A DNA stretch of 64,000 nt from Alphaproteobacteria bacterium (GTDB taxonomy: Bacteria > Pseudomonadota > Alphaproteobacteria > JAUHZY01): the NCBI GenBank assembly GCA_030425825.1, contig JAUHZY010000001.1, positions 1,542,834 to 1,606,833 on the forward strand, given 5' to 3'. Every line of letters starts with the position of its first letter. Position 1 is the stretch's first letter. Positions 40,874 through 51,177 of this stretch are shown piece after piece. Both the position numbers and the translations under genes were made by a program. The notes below the pieces were generated by a model. The model did no database searches and was not told the origin of the DNA. It worked only from the letters and a program-made list of their open reading frames with translations.

Positions 40874-41233
40874 CTATTTTGCACGTATTGGTCCTATTTT
40901 CTCACCAGCCAGAATGTGAAGGTGAAGATGTGGAACCTCCTGGCCGCCGTTCTCACCAACATTGCTGACGATGCGGAAGCCTTCTTTTTCAATATTTAAT
41001 TGCTGCGCGATTTCGCCGACGGCCTTCATCAAGCTGACAATATCTTTCTCATTTCCAGTGTGGGCAAAGTCAACAGCAGAAACATAAGGATTTTTAGGGA
41101 TTACAAGAATATGAATGGGGGCTTGAGGATTGATATCTTCGAAAGCCAGAACATGCTCATTTTCGAAAACTTTTTTGCAAGGAATTTCATCATTTAGTAT
41201 TTTTGCAAAGATGTTGTTATTGTCGTAAGACAT
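40874..41233 (-). CDS. HIT-family nucleotide-binding protein
   Basis: AFEDINPQAPIH and histidine triad GQEVPHLHLHI. Confidence 0.95.
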   Translation of the reverse strand: MSYDNNNIFAKILNDEIPCKKVFENEHVLAFEDINPQAPIHILVIPKNPYVSAVDFAHTGNEKDIVSLMKAVGEIAQQLNIEKEGFRIVSNVGENGGQEVPHLHLHILAGEKIGPIRAK

Positions 41234-41281
41234 ACGCCATTCTCCTTTATTTTAGCATCGCAATAAACTATAACAATCATC

Positions 41282-42964
41282 ATGAAAAACACAAAAGACA
41301 AAATCATGATAGACAAAAAATCAAAGGCAGAAAACTTTCCAGTCGGCTCTCTTCTGATTGACAAGAAATATAGAAAGTATATCCACGCCTTTTATAACTT
41401 TGCACGTACGGCAGATGATATTGCTGACAACCCTAGTTTGGATACTCAAGAAAAGAAAATTATTCTTCGGATCTTTTCGAATTCATTGATCAATAAATAT
41501 GAAGCCCCAAACCCTGCTTACGACTTAAGGCAGATGCTCTTGTCTTATAAGCCAGAAGCAATGCGCCATTGTCACGATTTACTGAATGCTTTTCAACAAG
41601 ACTCTGCAGGTATTCAAATCAGGTCAATGGAAGCCCTTCTAGCATATTGTCGTCTTTCAGCAGCCTCTGTTGGACGTTTTGTCCTAGATATTCATGAGGA
41701 AGATACATCGCTTTATTCTTATAGTGATGCCTTGTGTAGTGTGCTTCAGATCTTAAATCATATTCAGGATATGCGGGAAGATTATATTGACTTGAACCGT
41801 ATCTATCTTCCAACAAACTGGATTGAAGAAAAAGGCGCTAAAATTGAGTCGATTTCTAGGCATTCTCTAACCTCTCCCTTGCGTGAGGTTGTTTTAAAAC
41901 TCTTAGATGAAGTTGATGTGATGATCGCTTTTGCTGAGCCTTTAAAATACAAAATTAAGAATCGTCGGCTTCAATACGAAATTAGTATCATTTGGGAAGT
42001 GGCAAGATCCCTAAGTGGAAAACTAAAAACACATGATGTTTTACAAGAAAAGGTTAAGCTTACAACGCTAGAGAAGATAAGATGCATCGCCAAGGGCATA
42101 ACAAGAATACTGTTTGCAAAGACAAAAGACACAGAATCACAAAAATATGTGCGTAATCTTGTTGAAGGTGCGGGAACTTCTTTTTATTGGGCCATGCGGT
42201 TCTTACCTAAAAACAAACGTCATGCAATGTATGCCATCTATTCTTTTTGCTCAGAGATTGATGATATTGCCGATGGCCATTCTTCAATTGATAAGAAAAG
42301 AGAGCAATTGGCAAGATGGAAAGTTGCCTTGGATGAAGAGAGCGATCTATTCGTTGTGAAAGAATTAAAAGCTGTGACAACAGAGTTTGATCTAAACCCG
42401 GATCATTTTCATGACATTTTAAAAGGCGTTTCAATGGATCTAGAGCGCTCTATGTTTGCACCAACTTTGCCGCATTTAATGGTTTATGCATATCGTGTTG
42501 CAGGCGCTGTTGGGCTTTTGTCTTTAAATGTGTTCGGTGTTGATGCAGCAGATTCGAAAGAGTTTGGTGTAAGGATGGGTGAGGCTTTGCAGCTGACGAA
42601 TATTTTGCGTGACCTTAAAGAGGATGCGGAAGATGGAAGACTTTATGTTCCGCGCGAATATTTGTTCGACGCAGGATTTGAGGCACAAGACCTGAAGAAA
42701 GATGCGATGCTTATTTTGGAAGATGAGCGGTTTGTTGTTGCACGTGAAAAAATGATTAAGCTTGCGACAGAGAAATATGATTTTATTATCCCTTATTTTA
42801 AGAAGAACAAAAAAAAGAATCTGAAATCAGCATATTTAATGATGCAAATATATTATCGTATTTTTGAGAAATTAAAATGTAGAGATGATTATTTAGAGCC
42901 AACATCTTTGAGTAAATTCGAGAAAATCATTATCAGTTTAAAAGCATATTTGACATACAAATGA
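41282..42964 (+). CDS. Fused HpnC-HpnD squalene-pathway synthase (two isoprenoid synthase domains)
   Basis: Domain 1: ENFPVGS, ARTADDIAD, LQILNHIQD (HpnC-type). Domain 2: TSFYWAMRFL, IDDIAD, LQLTNILRDLKED (HpnD-type). Confidence 0.88.
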   Translation: MKNTKDKIMIDKKSKAENFPVGSLLIDKKYRKYIHAFYNFARTADDIADNPSLDTQEKKIILRIFSNSLINKYEAPNPAYDLRQMLLSYKPEAMRHCHDLLNAFQQDSAGIQIRSMEALLAYCRLSAASVGRFVLDIHEEDTSLYSYSDALCSVLQILNHIQDMREDYIDLNRIYLPTNWIEEKGAKIESISRHSLTSPLREVVLKLLDEVDVMIAFAEPLKYKIKNRRLQYEISIIWEVARSLSGKLKTHDVLQEKVKLTTLEKIRCIAKGITRILFAKTKDTESQKYVRNLVEGAGTSFYWAMRFLPKNKRHAMYAIYSFCSEIDDIADGHSSIDKKREQLARWKVALDEESDLFVVKELKAVTTEFDLNPDHFHDILKGVSMDLERSMFAPTLPHLMVYAYRVAGAVGLLSLNVFGVDAADSKEFGVRMGEALQLTNILRDLKEDAEDGRLYVPREYLFDAGFEAQDLKKDAMLILEDERFVVAREKMIKLATEKYDFIIPYFKKNKKKNLKSAYLMMQIYYRIFEKLKCRDDYLEPTSLSKFEKIIISLKAYLTYK

Positions 42965-44181
42965 CGCAACCAAAAATTCATATCATTGGGGCTGGGATTG
43001 CAGGGTTAAGCGCCGCTGTTTTTTTGAAAAAGGCAGGCTATCCTGTTGTGTTGTACGAGTCTTCAAAAATGGCGGGCGGACGTTGTCGCAGTTTTTATGA
43101 TGATGGTCTTGGTTGCGACATTGATAATGGAACGCATTTAATCTTAAGATGTAACACAAATGTGTTTAAATATTTAAAAATCATTAATGCCAGGTCAGAA
43201 CTTGTGCCTTTTTCACCGCGCTATCAGTTTCATGACTTTAAGTCAGGTAGGCAGTGGGCTCTTAATTTCTCAAATATTTTTACTTTGTTATTTTCTAGGG
43301 TGCCAAATATACGCCGAAGAGATTTTTTAAAACTCTGGCATTTCTTTTTTGTGTCACCGGAGGTTTCTCTTGCAAAAGTGTTTGGGAATACAAGGTTCTA
43401 TAAGAATGTTATAGGGCCCATAGAACATGCTGTGTTGAACACAGCGAATGGTGAAGGGCAGGCTAAGTTGTTAGTGCCTGTCTTGCGCAAAGCGTTCTTC
43501 AAAAGAAAAGGGGCAGTTCCGTACTTGGCAAAAACATCTTTGCGAGATTGTTTTGTTGACCCTGCCCTAGAATTTCTTGGTCATAAAATTACCTATAATA
43601 AGCGCCTTAAATCTATTGATTGTGAAAATGAAACTGTGCGGACGCTTTCTTTTGATGGTGAGCATATAGATGTTTCAAAAGATATTGTTGTGTTTGCGCT
43701 TCCTGTATGGCAGGTGGCAAAGTTGATGCCTGGTTTTTCTGGCCCAGATGAGTTCCAGTCGATTATTAATGTTCACTTTCAAAACCCTGGATTTCATCAG
43801 CGGCATTTTGTGGGCTGCGTTGGTGGTATAGCCGAGTGGATATTTATTTGTGAAAAAACGATTTCGGTTACAATTAGTGCGGCAGATAGATATAAAGACC
43901 TTTCCCAAGAAGATATAACGAAACTTGTTTGGCGTGAAGTTTGCGCTGTCCAAGGAGAAAAATTCAAGCAGCCTAAGCATCAGTTTATTCGTGAAAAACG
44001 TGCGACTTTTCATCAAACACCTCAGCAGGTTTTAAAGCGTCCTGGACTTGCAACGGCATATAAGAATTTATTTTTGTGCGGAGATTATGTGAATACAGGG
44101 TTGCCATCTACGATTGAAAGTACCATCTTATCATCTAAGAATGTTTGTCAGAAAATTAAAGGAGAGAGAAATGACATTTGA
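42961..44181 (+). CDS. hpnE: Hydroxysqualene dehydroxylase HpnE
   Basis: GAGIAGL, GGRCRSF, DNGTHL, REKRATF, TGLPSTIES. ATGA overlap with hpnCD. Confidence 0.88.
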   Translation: MTQPKIHIIGAGIAGLSAAVFLKKAGYPVVLYESSKMAGGRCRSFYDDGLGCDIDNGTHLILRCNTNVFKYLKIINARSELVPFSPRYQFHDFKSGRQWALNFSNIFTLLFSRVPNIRRRDFLKLWHFFFVSPEVSLAKVFGNTRFYKNVIGPIEHAVLNTANGEGQAKLLVPVLRKAFFKRKGAVPYLAKTSLRDCFVDPALEFLGHKITYNKRLKSIDCENETVRTLSFDGEHIDVSKDIVVFALPVWQVAKLMPGFSGPDEFQSIINVHFQNPGFHQRHFVGCVGGIAEWIFICEKTISVTISAADRYKDLSQEDITKLVWREVCAVQGEKFKQPKHQFIREKRATFHQTPQQVLKRPGLATAYKNLFLCGDYVNTGLPSTIESTILSSKNVCQKIKGERNDI

Positions 44182-44758
44182 ATTGCCACCCCTACCTTAT
44201 GAGAGAAATGCACTAGAACCACATATCTCAGAAAATACGATGAACTTCCATTACGGGAAGCACCATCAGGCCTATGTAACAAATCTCAATAAAATGGTTG
44301 AAGGCACGGATATGGCTTCTAAGTCTTTAGAAGATGTTGTTAAGTCTTCTGATGGTGGCATTTTTAATAATGCAGCTCAGGTTTGGAACCATACATTTTT
44401 TTGGAACTCGATGAAACCTAACGGAGGTGGTGCACCATCTGGTGCACTTGCTGATAAGATTAACAGCGCTTTTGGGTCTTTAGATAAGTTCAAGGAAGAA
44501 TTCAAAAACGCAGGTGCAACACAATTTGGAAGCGGTTGGGCTTGGCTTGTTGTTGACAGTAAGGGTGATTTAAAGATTACGAAAACAGCAAATGCTGAAA
44601 CACCGTTGACTGATAATGTAACACCGCTTTTGACATGTGATGTGTGGGAACATGCGTATTATTTGGACTATCAAAACCGTCGTCCCGATTTTCTGCAGGT
44701 GTTTCTAGATAGTCTTATCAACTGGGATTTTGCTGCTGAGAATCTCGCAAAAGCATAA
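44171..44758 (+). CDS. sodB: Superoxide dismutase, Fe-type
   Basis: HYGKHH, FNNAAQVWNH, QFGSGWAW, DVWEHAYY. Start MTFELP. Confidence 0.95.
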   Translation: MTFELPPLPYERNALEPHISENTMNFHYGKHHQAYVTNLNKMVEGTDMASKSLEDVVKSSDGGIFNNAAQVWNHTFFWNSMKPNGGGAPSGALADKINSAFGSLDKFKEEFKNAGATQFGSGWAWLVVDSKGDLKITKTANAETPLTDNVTPLLTCDVWEHAYYLDYQNRRPDFLQVFLDSLINWDFAAENLAKA

Positions 44759-44778
44759 GCTTTGATATTTTGATAAAG

Positions 44779-44817
44779 GTCGATGCTGTGTGAAAAACGC
44801 GGCATCGACTTTTTTTT
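44779..44817 (+). terminator. Intrinsic terminator after sodB
   Basis: GTCGATGCTGTGT-GAAAA-ACGCGGCATCGAC followed by T8. Confidence 0.85.
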
Positions 44818-46411
44818 ATTCCCATCCACGTCCATTTACTATCGGATAGCGTCTTTCTCGTGTAAAGGACAGAGACGTGACTTTCGGGCCAGGAGCAGCT
44901 TGTCTGCGTTTGTACTCATTGCGGTGAAGTAGGGTGTTAATTTTGAGAATAGTTTCTTTATCAAAGTCTTTCTCAAAAAGCTCTTTAAGTGATTTTTGTT
45001 CTTCGATCAAATGATACAATATTTGGTCTAGAATATCATATGGAGGTAAGCTATCAGAGTCTTTTTGCCCAGGTCGCAGCTCAGCTGATGGTGCCTTTTT
45101 TAGCATATGTTCGGGAATGATTTCTTCATGGCGGTTAAGCCAATGTGCAAGGCGATAAACATCTGTTTTATAAACATCTTTGATAGGCGCAAAAGCACCG
45201 CACATATCACCATATAATGTTGCATAGCCTGTTGCGTATTCTGATTTGTTACCACAAGAAAGGACTAAGTGGTTGAATTTATTGCTCAAAGCCATCAGTA
45301 AAGCGCCACGCAAACGTGATTGAATGTTTTCTTCCGTTTCATCAATCACATGTCCATCGAATGGTTTTTTAAGAATTTTGTCGAAAGCTTTCATGGCAGG
45401 CGTAATGGGATGAACTGTGTATGAAACATTAAGGTTTTCTGCAAGATCAGCTGCATCTTTCAGGCTTTCTTCAGATGTATAAGGGGATGGCATCATGACA
45501 GCAAAAACATGCTCTGGACCTAGTGCTTCAACAGCAATAGCTGCCACCATTGCCGAGTCAATGCCGCCTGAGAGACCTAATGTCACCTCTCGAAAGCCAC
45601 TTTTGCGGACATAATCTTTGACTGACATAACAAGTCCACCCCATGTTTTCTCTTGCCAAGAAGGCGTTGGTGGTTTGATAGCTTGAAGAGGGGACGTGAT
45701 AAGGGCAATGTCTTCTTCCCATAAGGGTGATTCGTATACTGTTTCACCATTTTTATTCAGGACGAAGCTATTACCGTCGAATAAGAGGTCATCTTGTCCA
45801 CCAACTTGGTTGATATAATAAAAAGGGACACCTGCTCTAAGTGAAAACTTGTGTGCCAGCTCGAATCGTTGCGTATCTTTGTGAATTTCAAAAGGCGATG
45901 CATTTATTGAAATAAACAAATCAATTCCTTCTTTTGACAGTTGTTCTGCCATTTCTTTTTTCCACAATTCTTCACAGATCAGCAGTCCTATACGTTGGCC
46001 TTCCAGTTCGAAAATATGGTTTGTGTCCGCTTTTTCAAAATGTCTTTTTTCATCAAAGACACCATAATTAGGTAGATTGTTTTTATAAAATTTTTGTGAA
46101 ACCTCACCATCTTTCAATAATAAAACAGCATTATATGTTTTTGAAAAGTCGATAACGGGTGTCCCGACAAGCATTGCAGGACCGGAAAGAGTCAATGCTG
46201 CAAGTTCAGGAATGTAATTTGCACAAGCGTCAATCATATCTTTACGTAGCAAAAGATCATCTGCTGGATAACCGCAAAGACAAAGTTCAGGAAAAACGAC
46301 AAGATTTGGTGATTCTTCACGCGCTTTTAGATAATTCTTTTTGATTTTTTCAAAATTCTTTTTGATCGCGCCAACTGTTGGGTTGATTTGTGCAAGTGAA
46401 ATTCTAAGCAT
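44816..46411 (-). CDS. nadE: Glutamine-dependent NAD+ synthetase
   Basis: Nitrilase-like domain (VFPEL, LPNYGVFDEKR, LICEE) plus GLSGGIDS, ENIQSRLRG, PSAEL. Confidence 0.96.
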   Translation of the reverse strand: MLRISLAQINPTVGAIKKNFEKIKKNYLKAREESPNLVVFPELCLCGYPADDLLLRKDMIDACANYIPELAALTLSGPAMLVGTPVIDFSKTYNAVLLLKDGEVSQKFYKNNLPNYGVFDEKRHFEKADTNHIFELEGQRIGLLICEELWKKEMAEQLSKEGIDLFISINASPFEIHKDTQRFELAHKFSLRAGVPFYYINQVGGQDDLLFDGNSFVLNKNGETVYESPLWEEDIALITSPLQAIKPPTPSWQEKTWGGLVMSVKDYVRKSGFREVTLGLSGGIDSAMVAAIAVEALGPEHVFAVMMPSPYTSEESLKDAADLAENLNVSYTVHPITPAMKAFDKILKKPFDGHVIDETEENIQSRLRGALLMALSNKFNHLVLSCGNKSEYATGYATLYGDMCGAFAPIKDVYKTDVYRLAHWLNRHEEIIPEHMLKKAPSAELRPGQKDSDSLPPYDILDQILYHLIEEQKSLKELFEKDFDKETILKINTLLHRNEYKRRQAAPGPKVTSLSFTRERRYPIVNGRGWE

Positions 46412-46422
46412 AAAAAATATCC

Positions 46423-47181
46423 CTATATATTATCGGCATCAATTTTGGCTTTGATATATGACAGAAGAGGGTATAGGCCTGCACAAAGCGCAATCATGAA
46501 CCCGTACAGTCCTTCTTTGTATCCTTTTCGCCGGACATAACACTTATAAAAACGCGAGAAGATACGACGAAGATAAGGGTAAAACGGCCCCATATCCTCT
46601 TTCTCGAGTAAGTCTTTGGCATGAATTGTTGAATAGCGGTCCAGGCGATGCAGCATATCTGAAATGCTTTCATCGACGTAATGTAGAAGAAAGTTTTCTA
46701 ATTTGCCGCCACTCTTGCCCGTCATTTCATATGTCGCGTGGAATCTGCCATAAACCCATTTCTTGTTTTCTTTTTTAAAGAGGCCAGGATAAGATGATTT
46801 CCCAAAATAAGCCCCCCAACCGTATTGGACAGGCTTTTTTCCTATGTGATTGAGGACGGGGATATAATAATAATCGGCTTTTGCTGTCAGAATCGTTTTG
46901 ACAATTTCTTGAGCTAATTTCTTCGGAATGCGTTCATCAGCATCAAGCTCTAAAACCCACTCACCCTTACAGTAATCTAACCCTTCTTGCCTGCGGTCAG
47001 CCTCTAATTCCCATGATCCTTCGATAATTTGGTCTGTAAACTTCAGTGCAATTTCTTTCGACCTATCTGTACACTTATCTAGCACAATGACAATTTCATC
47101 TGCAAAATCAAGGCATGAGAGACAGCTCTCAAGATGCTCTTCTTCATTATGTATAACAAGAAGTGCTGACAATTTCACCAT
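46423..47181 (-). CDS. Glycosyltransferase family 2
   Basis: HNEEEHL, WVLELDADE, KGYKEG. Confidence 0.9.
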   Translation of the reverse strand: MVKLSALLVIHNEEEHLESCLSCLDFADEIVIVLDKCTDRSKEIALKFTDQIIEGSWELEADRRQEGLDYCKGEWVLELDADERIPKKLAQEIVKTILTAKADYYYIPVLNHIGKKPVQYGWGAYFGKSSYPGLFKKENKKWVYGRFHATYEMTGKSGGKLENFLLHYVDESISDMLHRLDRYSTIHAKDLLEKEDMGPFYPYLRRIFSRFYKCYVRRKGYKEGLYGFMIALCAGLYPLLSYIKAKIDADNI

Positions 47182-47184
47182 GGG

Positions 47185-47682
47185 TTAAGCCAATTTTTCA
47201 ATATCTTCATCTGAAAGTCCACCTGGAACAATCATAACAGGGATGCGTAATTTTCCTGACATTTTTCCTGCGAAATGCGAAACCAAAGCACCAGGGCTAT
47301 CAGAATCTGGAGCGGCACCAAGAACAAGCATAGAGATCGTTGGATCTTCTTCGATGGCTTTTGTAACAGCTTCTTTAGCTGGCCCTTCACGGACAATAAG
47401 TTCAGGCATTTCATCATCCATTAATGCGCGCACAATGTCTGCCCATTTACTCACAGCTTTTTCCGCTTCTGCACGACGTTCTTCTTGCATCATTTTGCTG
47501 ACACCCATCCAGTCTTGGAACTGATGCTGTTCAACAATAGATAAAAGAGAAATATGTGCCCCTACTTTTTTTGCACGCCTGCATGCAAATTTCAGAGCTG
47601 TTTTTACTTCTTCTGCATCTTCTAGAACAATCAGAAATAAAGGCTTTCTTTCAACTTTTTTACTTTTTTTACGCGCGCTCAT
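47185..47682 (-). CDS. Universal stress protein
   Basis: ALKFACRRA, LVLGA, IPVMIVPG. Confidence 0.88.
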   Translation of the reverse strand: MSARKKSKKVERKPLFLIVLEDAEEVKTALKFACRRAKKVGAHISLLSIVEQHQFQDWMGVSKMMQEERRAEAEKAVSKWADIVRALMDDEMPELIVREGPAKEAVTKAIEEDPTISMLVLGAAPDSDSPGALVSHFAGKMSGKLRIPVMIVPGGLSDEDIEKLA

Positions 47683-47683
47683 T

Positions 47684-48460
47684 TTATCCCTTTCTAAAGA
47701 GTCGTGTTGACGCTAAACCGAAAAACACTGAAAACATAACAGCAAAAAGACCATAAAATACTCTGTGGTCATGCGCAAAAGAATAAACAGTCTTGCTGGT
47801 TCCAATTTTCCCAATCTTAAAGTGAATGACACGATGGGATGCTATTTTCTGGTCTCTGACCAAGTACACATCAATACTGTAAGGGCCAGGTTTAATATTC
47901 GCCGGGACTTTCACAGATGATTTGAAAAGATGGCGGCCCATAAATTTAACTTTAGATGGTGTTTTTGAATATAGGCCAATTTTTTGTTTTTGACGAATAA
48001 GTGCATTTTTAAATGTTATACGCGACTCGGATGTTTTCGAGGAGCGAATAGGGAAGGAAAGGTATTTGGGCCCGATTTTATGTTTTTGAAGGCCTGTATA
48101 TGGAAGGATTTTACGTAAAGGGCTGGAACTTGCAATCCAATACAAAGAAGGAACATCATCAAAAATAACACGGTCACGACTGATCCACAGACCAGAAACT
48201 TTGCGCTTTCTTCTAACAATCTGTTCTTCAGAAGGCCCGCGAATAACGGTGATGATATCACCTTGGTCTGCAACACCTCCAAATAGAACAATCTCACTTC
48301 CTGTAAAGTTAAGATTAATTGCAATGAAATCGTCAACGAGATCCAGTGATATGTCTTCACTTGCCTGCACCGTTTGTGCCGAGACTGTTAACAAAAAAAC
48401 AAAAGTAAGGAGGATTTTATTCAACAAAATATAAGTCCTCCGGCATTGTGATAAGGTCAA
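47684..48460 (-). CDS. TIGR02186-family membrane protein (start uncertain)
   Basis: FTGSEIVLFG, VRRKRKVSGLWI, C-terminal TM. Lies between TauE and USP genes. Confidence 0.82.
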   Translation of the reverse strand: MTLSQCRRTYILLNKILLTFVFLLTVSAQTVQASEDISLDLVDDFIAINLNFTGSEIVLFGGVADQGDIITVIRGPSEEQIVRRKRKVSGLWISRDRVIFDDVPSLYWIASSSPLRKILPYTGLQKHKIGPKYLSFPIRSSKTSESRITFKNALIRQKQKIGLYSKTPSKVKFMGRHLFKSSVKVPANIKPGPYSIDVYLVRDQKIASHRVIHFKIGKIGTSKTVYSFAHDHRVFYGLFAVMFSVFFGLASTRLFRKG

Positions 48461-49310
48461 ACCCTAGGCGAATACACACAACCATAATAATAGAAGCAAG
48501 AAGAAGCCGGGCATATTCGCCCTTTAGTTTCGTCGATAGTTGTACGCCAAATTGCACGCCGATAACCCCGCCGATAAGCATGAGTGTTGCAAGCACCATA
48601 TCAACAGTTTGATATTTAAAAGCCTGCAGGAATGTGACGATGCCTGTGACAAACATAATTTGAAATAAAGATGTGCCACCAACCATAGAGGGAGGGATGC
48701 GTAGTAAATAAACCATTGCAGGAACCATCAAGAACCCTCCACCAATTCCTAATGTTGATACCAGAATACTCACAAAGCACCCAATCGTAAAAGGGGCCAG
48801 CATACTCATGTAAATACCTGATTTCTTAAAGCGTGTTTTGAGAGGTAAGTATTTAAACCATCTGCGCTTTTTCTTTTTTCGGTTGGACTTTCGCAAAAAA
48901 GATGTCAAAAGTCCTTCACACATCATAAGGGTTGCGATAAACCCAAGAAGAAAAACAAAACTAAGAGAAATAAAGAGGTCAATTTGACCCATTTCTTTCA
49001 GGATGCCAAACAGCCAGACACCAATAAATGAACCACAGATGCCGCCTGCCAGCATGACGCCACCCATTTTAAAATCAACGCGTCCGCGTCGCCAATGTCC
49101 AATAACGCCAGAAATCGAAACAGCAACCAATTGACTTGCTTGGCTTCCAACGGCAACAGCAGGGGGAACGCCGATGAGAATAAGAAGGGGGGTTGATAAA
49201 AAGCCGCCACCAATACCAAAAAGCCCAGAAATAAATCCAACGCCGCCACCAAGAGCCAGAAGCGTGAACAAATCAACAGAAACTTCTGCAATGGGGAGAT
49301 AAACTTGCAT
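48417..49310 (-). CDS. TauE/SafE-family permease
   Basis: MQVYLPIAE and repeated G(I)GGGFL motifs. Confidence 0.9.
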   Translation of the reverse strand: MQVYLPIAEVSVDLFTLLALGGGVGFISGLFGIGGGFLSTPLLILIGVPPAVAVGSQASQLVAVSISGVIGHWRRGRVDFKMGGVMLAGGICGSFIGVWLFGILKEMGQIDLFISLSFVFLLGFIATLMMCEGLLTSFLRKSNRKKKKRRWFKYLPLKTRFKKSGIYMSMLAPFTIGCFVSILVSTLGIGGGFLMVPAMVYLLRIPPSMVGGTSLFQIMFVTGIVTFLQAFKYQTVDMVLATLMLIGGVIGVQFGVQLSTKLKGEYARLLLASIIMVVCIRLGFDLITMPEDLYFVE

Positions 49311-49383
49311 TTTTATTCTCTATTTTCACATCATGAAATGATTCTAGAAAAATAGTAACACTTGTTTATTTGTTTGAGTAGGC

Positions 49384-51177
49384 TTATTTCCGACCGAAAA
49401 GCCTTTCAATGTCAGAGCGTTTCAATTTTACATAGGTTGGTCGCCCGTGATTGCATTGTCCTGAATGTGGTGTGTTCTCCATTTGTCTCAGAAGCGCGTT
49501 CATTTCTTCTGCTGTAAGGCGCCTTCCTGCACGTACACTTCCATGACATGCCATTGTTCCAAGAATTTCACCAATTTTCTCTTTCAAGCTAAGGGTTTCA
49601 CCCATTTCCGCAATTTCATCGGCGAGATCGTTCATCAAAGATTTAACATCATCTTTTGCAAGAAGTGCTGGAATAGATCTTACGACAATACCTTGGTCCC
49701 CGAATGACTCAATTTCCACACCAAATTTATCAAGTTCATCAGCTTTTGACAAAAGAGATTGGGCATTTTCTGCACTGAGTTCAATGACTTCTGGAATAAG
49801 AAGGTTTTGTCTTGCGACGCCTGTTTCTTCCATATCTTTTTTCATTTTCTCATAAACCAGTCTTTCATGGGCTGCATGTTGATCAACGATGACTAGCCCA
49901 TCATCTGTTTGTGAAACGATGTATGTTTCGTGTAGCTGGGCCTTCGCTAGCCCCATGGGATAAGACACAGTTTCTTGTTGGGGTTGTTCTTGCGCAGGCG
50001 CTATTGCTGTTCGAACGCTTGGCGTTTGAAGAGGCATTTGTGCTTGCATGGCTGCAGAGTAAGTACGGGGCGTTTCTTGCGCTCTTGGATAAGCAAAAGA
50101 AGATGTTGATGGTTGAGTATATTTTCCTGCCTGAAAGGAAGAAAGGGCAGCGTTGGAAATGGTTGTTGACGCTTCACCACCGCCTGCTTGCAGCGCGCGC
50201 TTCATTGAACTGATCAGTAGGCCGCGGATAAGCTGTTGATCACGAAAGCGTACTTCTGTTTTAGAAGGGTGAACATTCACATCAACTTCGTGAGAAGGTA
50301 TTTCCAAAAACAATGCTAAAGAAGGATGTCGGTTGGACATTAAAAAGTCTCTGTAAGCTGCGCGTACACAACCATGTAGAATCTTGTCTTTGACAGGTCT
50401 GTTATTTACAAAGAAAAACTGCTGCTTCGTATTTGCGCGATTATATGTTGGCAGGCTGATAAGACCTTTTAGTATACAGTCTTCTTTTTCTACGTCGATT
50501 GGGATGGTGTTTTCAAGAAACTCTTTCCCAAAAATCTTACCAAAGCGCGCACTTTGTGAAGAAAACAAGTCGGCTGTCTCGGGGGGCAGATCGATAACAA
50601 ATTTTTGCCCATTATGAAAGCGCAAGCCAATGCGTGGATAGGCCATCGCAATATGAGTAAGGGTTTCTTTAATATGATTGTTTTCAGTCGTTGCAGACTT
50701 TAGAAATTTGAGCCTTGCAGGGGTGGCATAAAATAAATCTTTAATTTCAACTTTTGTGCCACGCTCTAGATTGCTTGGCTGAGGAGGGTTTATTTCACCA
50801 CCATGGACATCAATTTGCCAGGCATGTGCTTCGTTTGCATGTTTGCTGGTAATAGTGAGGCGGCTCACAGCGCCAATTGAGGGAAGGGCCTCACCACGAA
50901 AGCCAAAGCTGTGAATATCAAACAAATCATCATTTGGCAGCTTTGACGTTGCATGACGTTGAATGGCAAGTTGCAAGTCATCTTGTGTCATGCCATGACC
51001 GTTATCTGTTACAGTAATAGAGGTCTTTCCACCTTCTTCTGTGAAGACGTCAATTTTTGTAGCCCCTGCATCAATCGCATTTTCGACGACTTCTTTAATC
51101 GCTGCAGCGGGTCTTTCGACGACTTCGCCTGCTGCAATTTGGTTCACAAGATGATTGGGAAGAACACGTATTGTCAT
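49384..51177 (-). CDS. mutL: DNA mismatch repair protein MutL
   Basis: IAAGEVVERP, GFRGEAL, endonuclease motif DQHAAHER, CNHGRP. Confidence 0.98.
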   Translation of the reverse strand: MTIRVLPNHLVNQIAAGEVVERPAAAIKEVVENAIDAGATKIDVFTEEGGKTSITVTDNGHGMTQDDLQLAIQRHATSKLPNDDLFDIHSFGFRGEALPSIGAVSRLTITSKHANEAHAWQIDVHGGEINPPQPSNLERGTKVEIKDLFYATPARLKFLKSATTENNHIKETLTHIAMAYPRIGLRFHNGQKFVIDLPPETADLFSSQSARFGKIFGKEFLENTIPIDVEKEDCILKGLISLPTYNRANTKQQFFFVNNRPVKDKILHGCVRAAYRDFLMSNRHPSLALFLEIPSHEVDVNVHPSKTEVRFRDQQLIRGLLISSMKRALQAGGGEASTTISNAALSSFQAGKYTQPSTSSFAYPRAQETPRTYSAAMQAQMPLQTPSVRTAIAPAQEQPQQETVSYPMGLAKAQLHETYIVSQTDDGLVIVDQHAAHERLVYEKMKKDMEETGVARQNLLIPEVIELSAENAQSLLSKADELDKFGVEIESFGDQGIVVRSIPALLAKDDVKSLMNDLADEIAEMGETLSLKEKIGEILGTMACHGSVRAGRRLTAEEMNALLRQMENTPHSGQCNHGRPTYVKLKRSDIERLFGRK

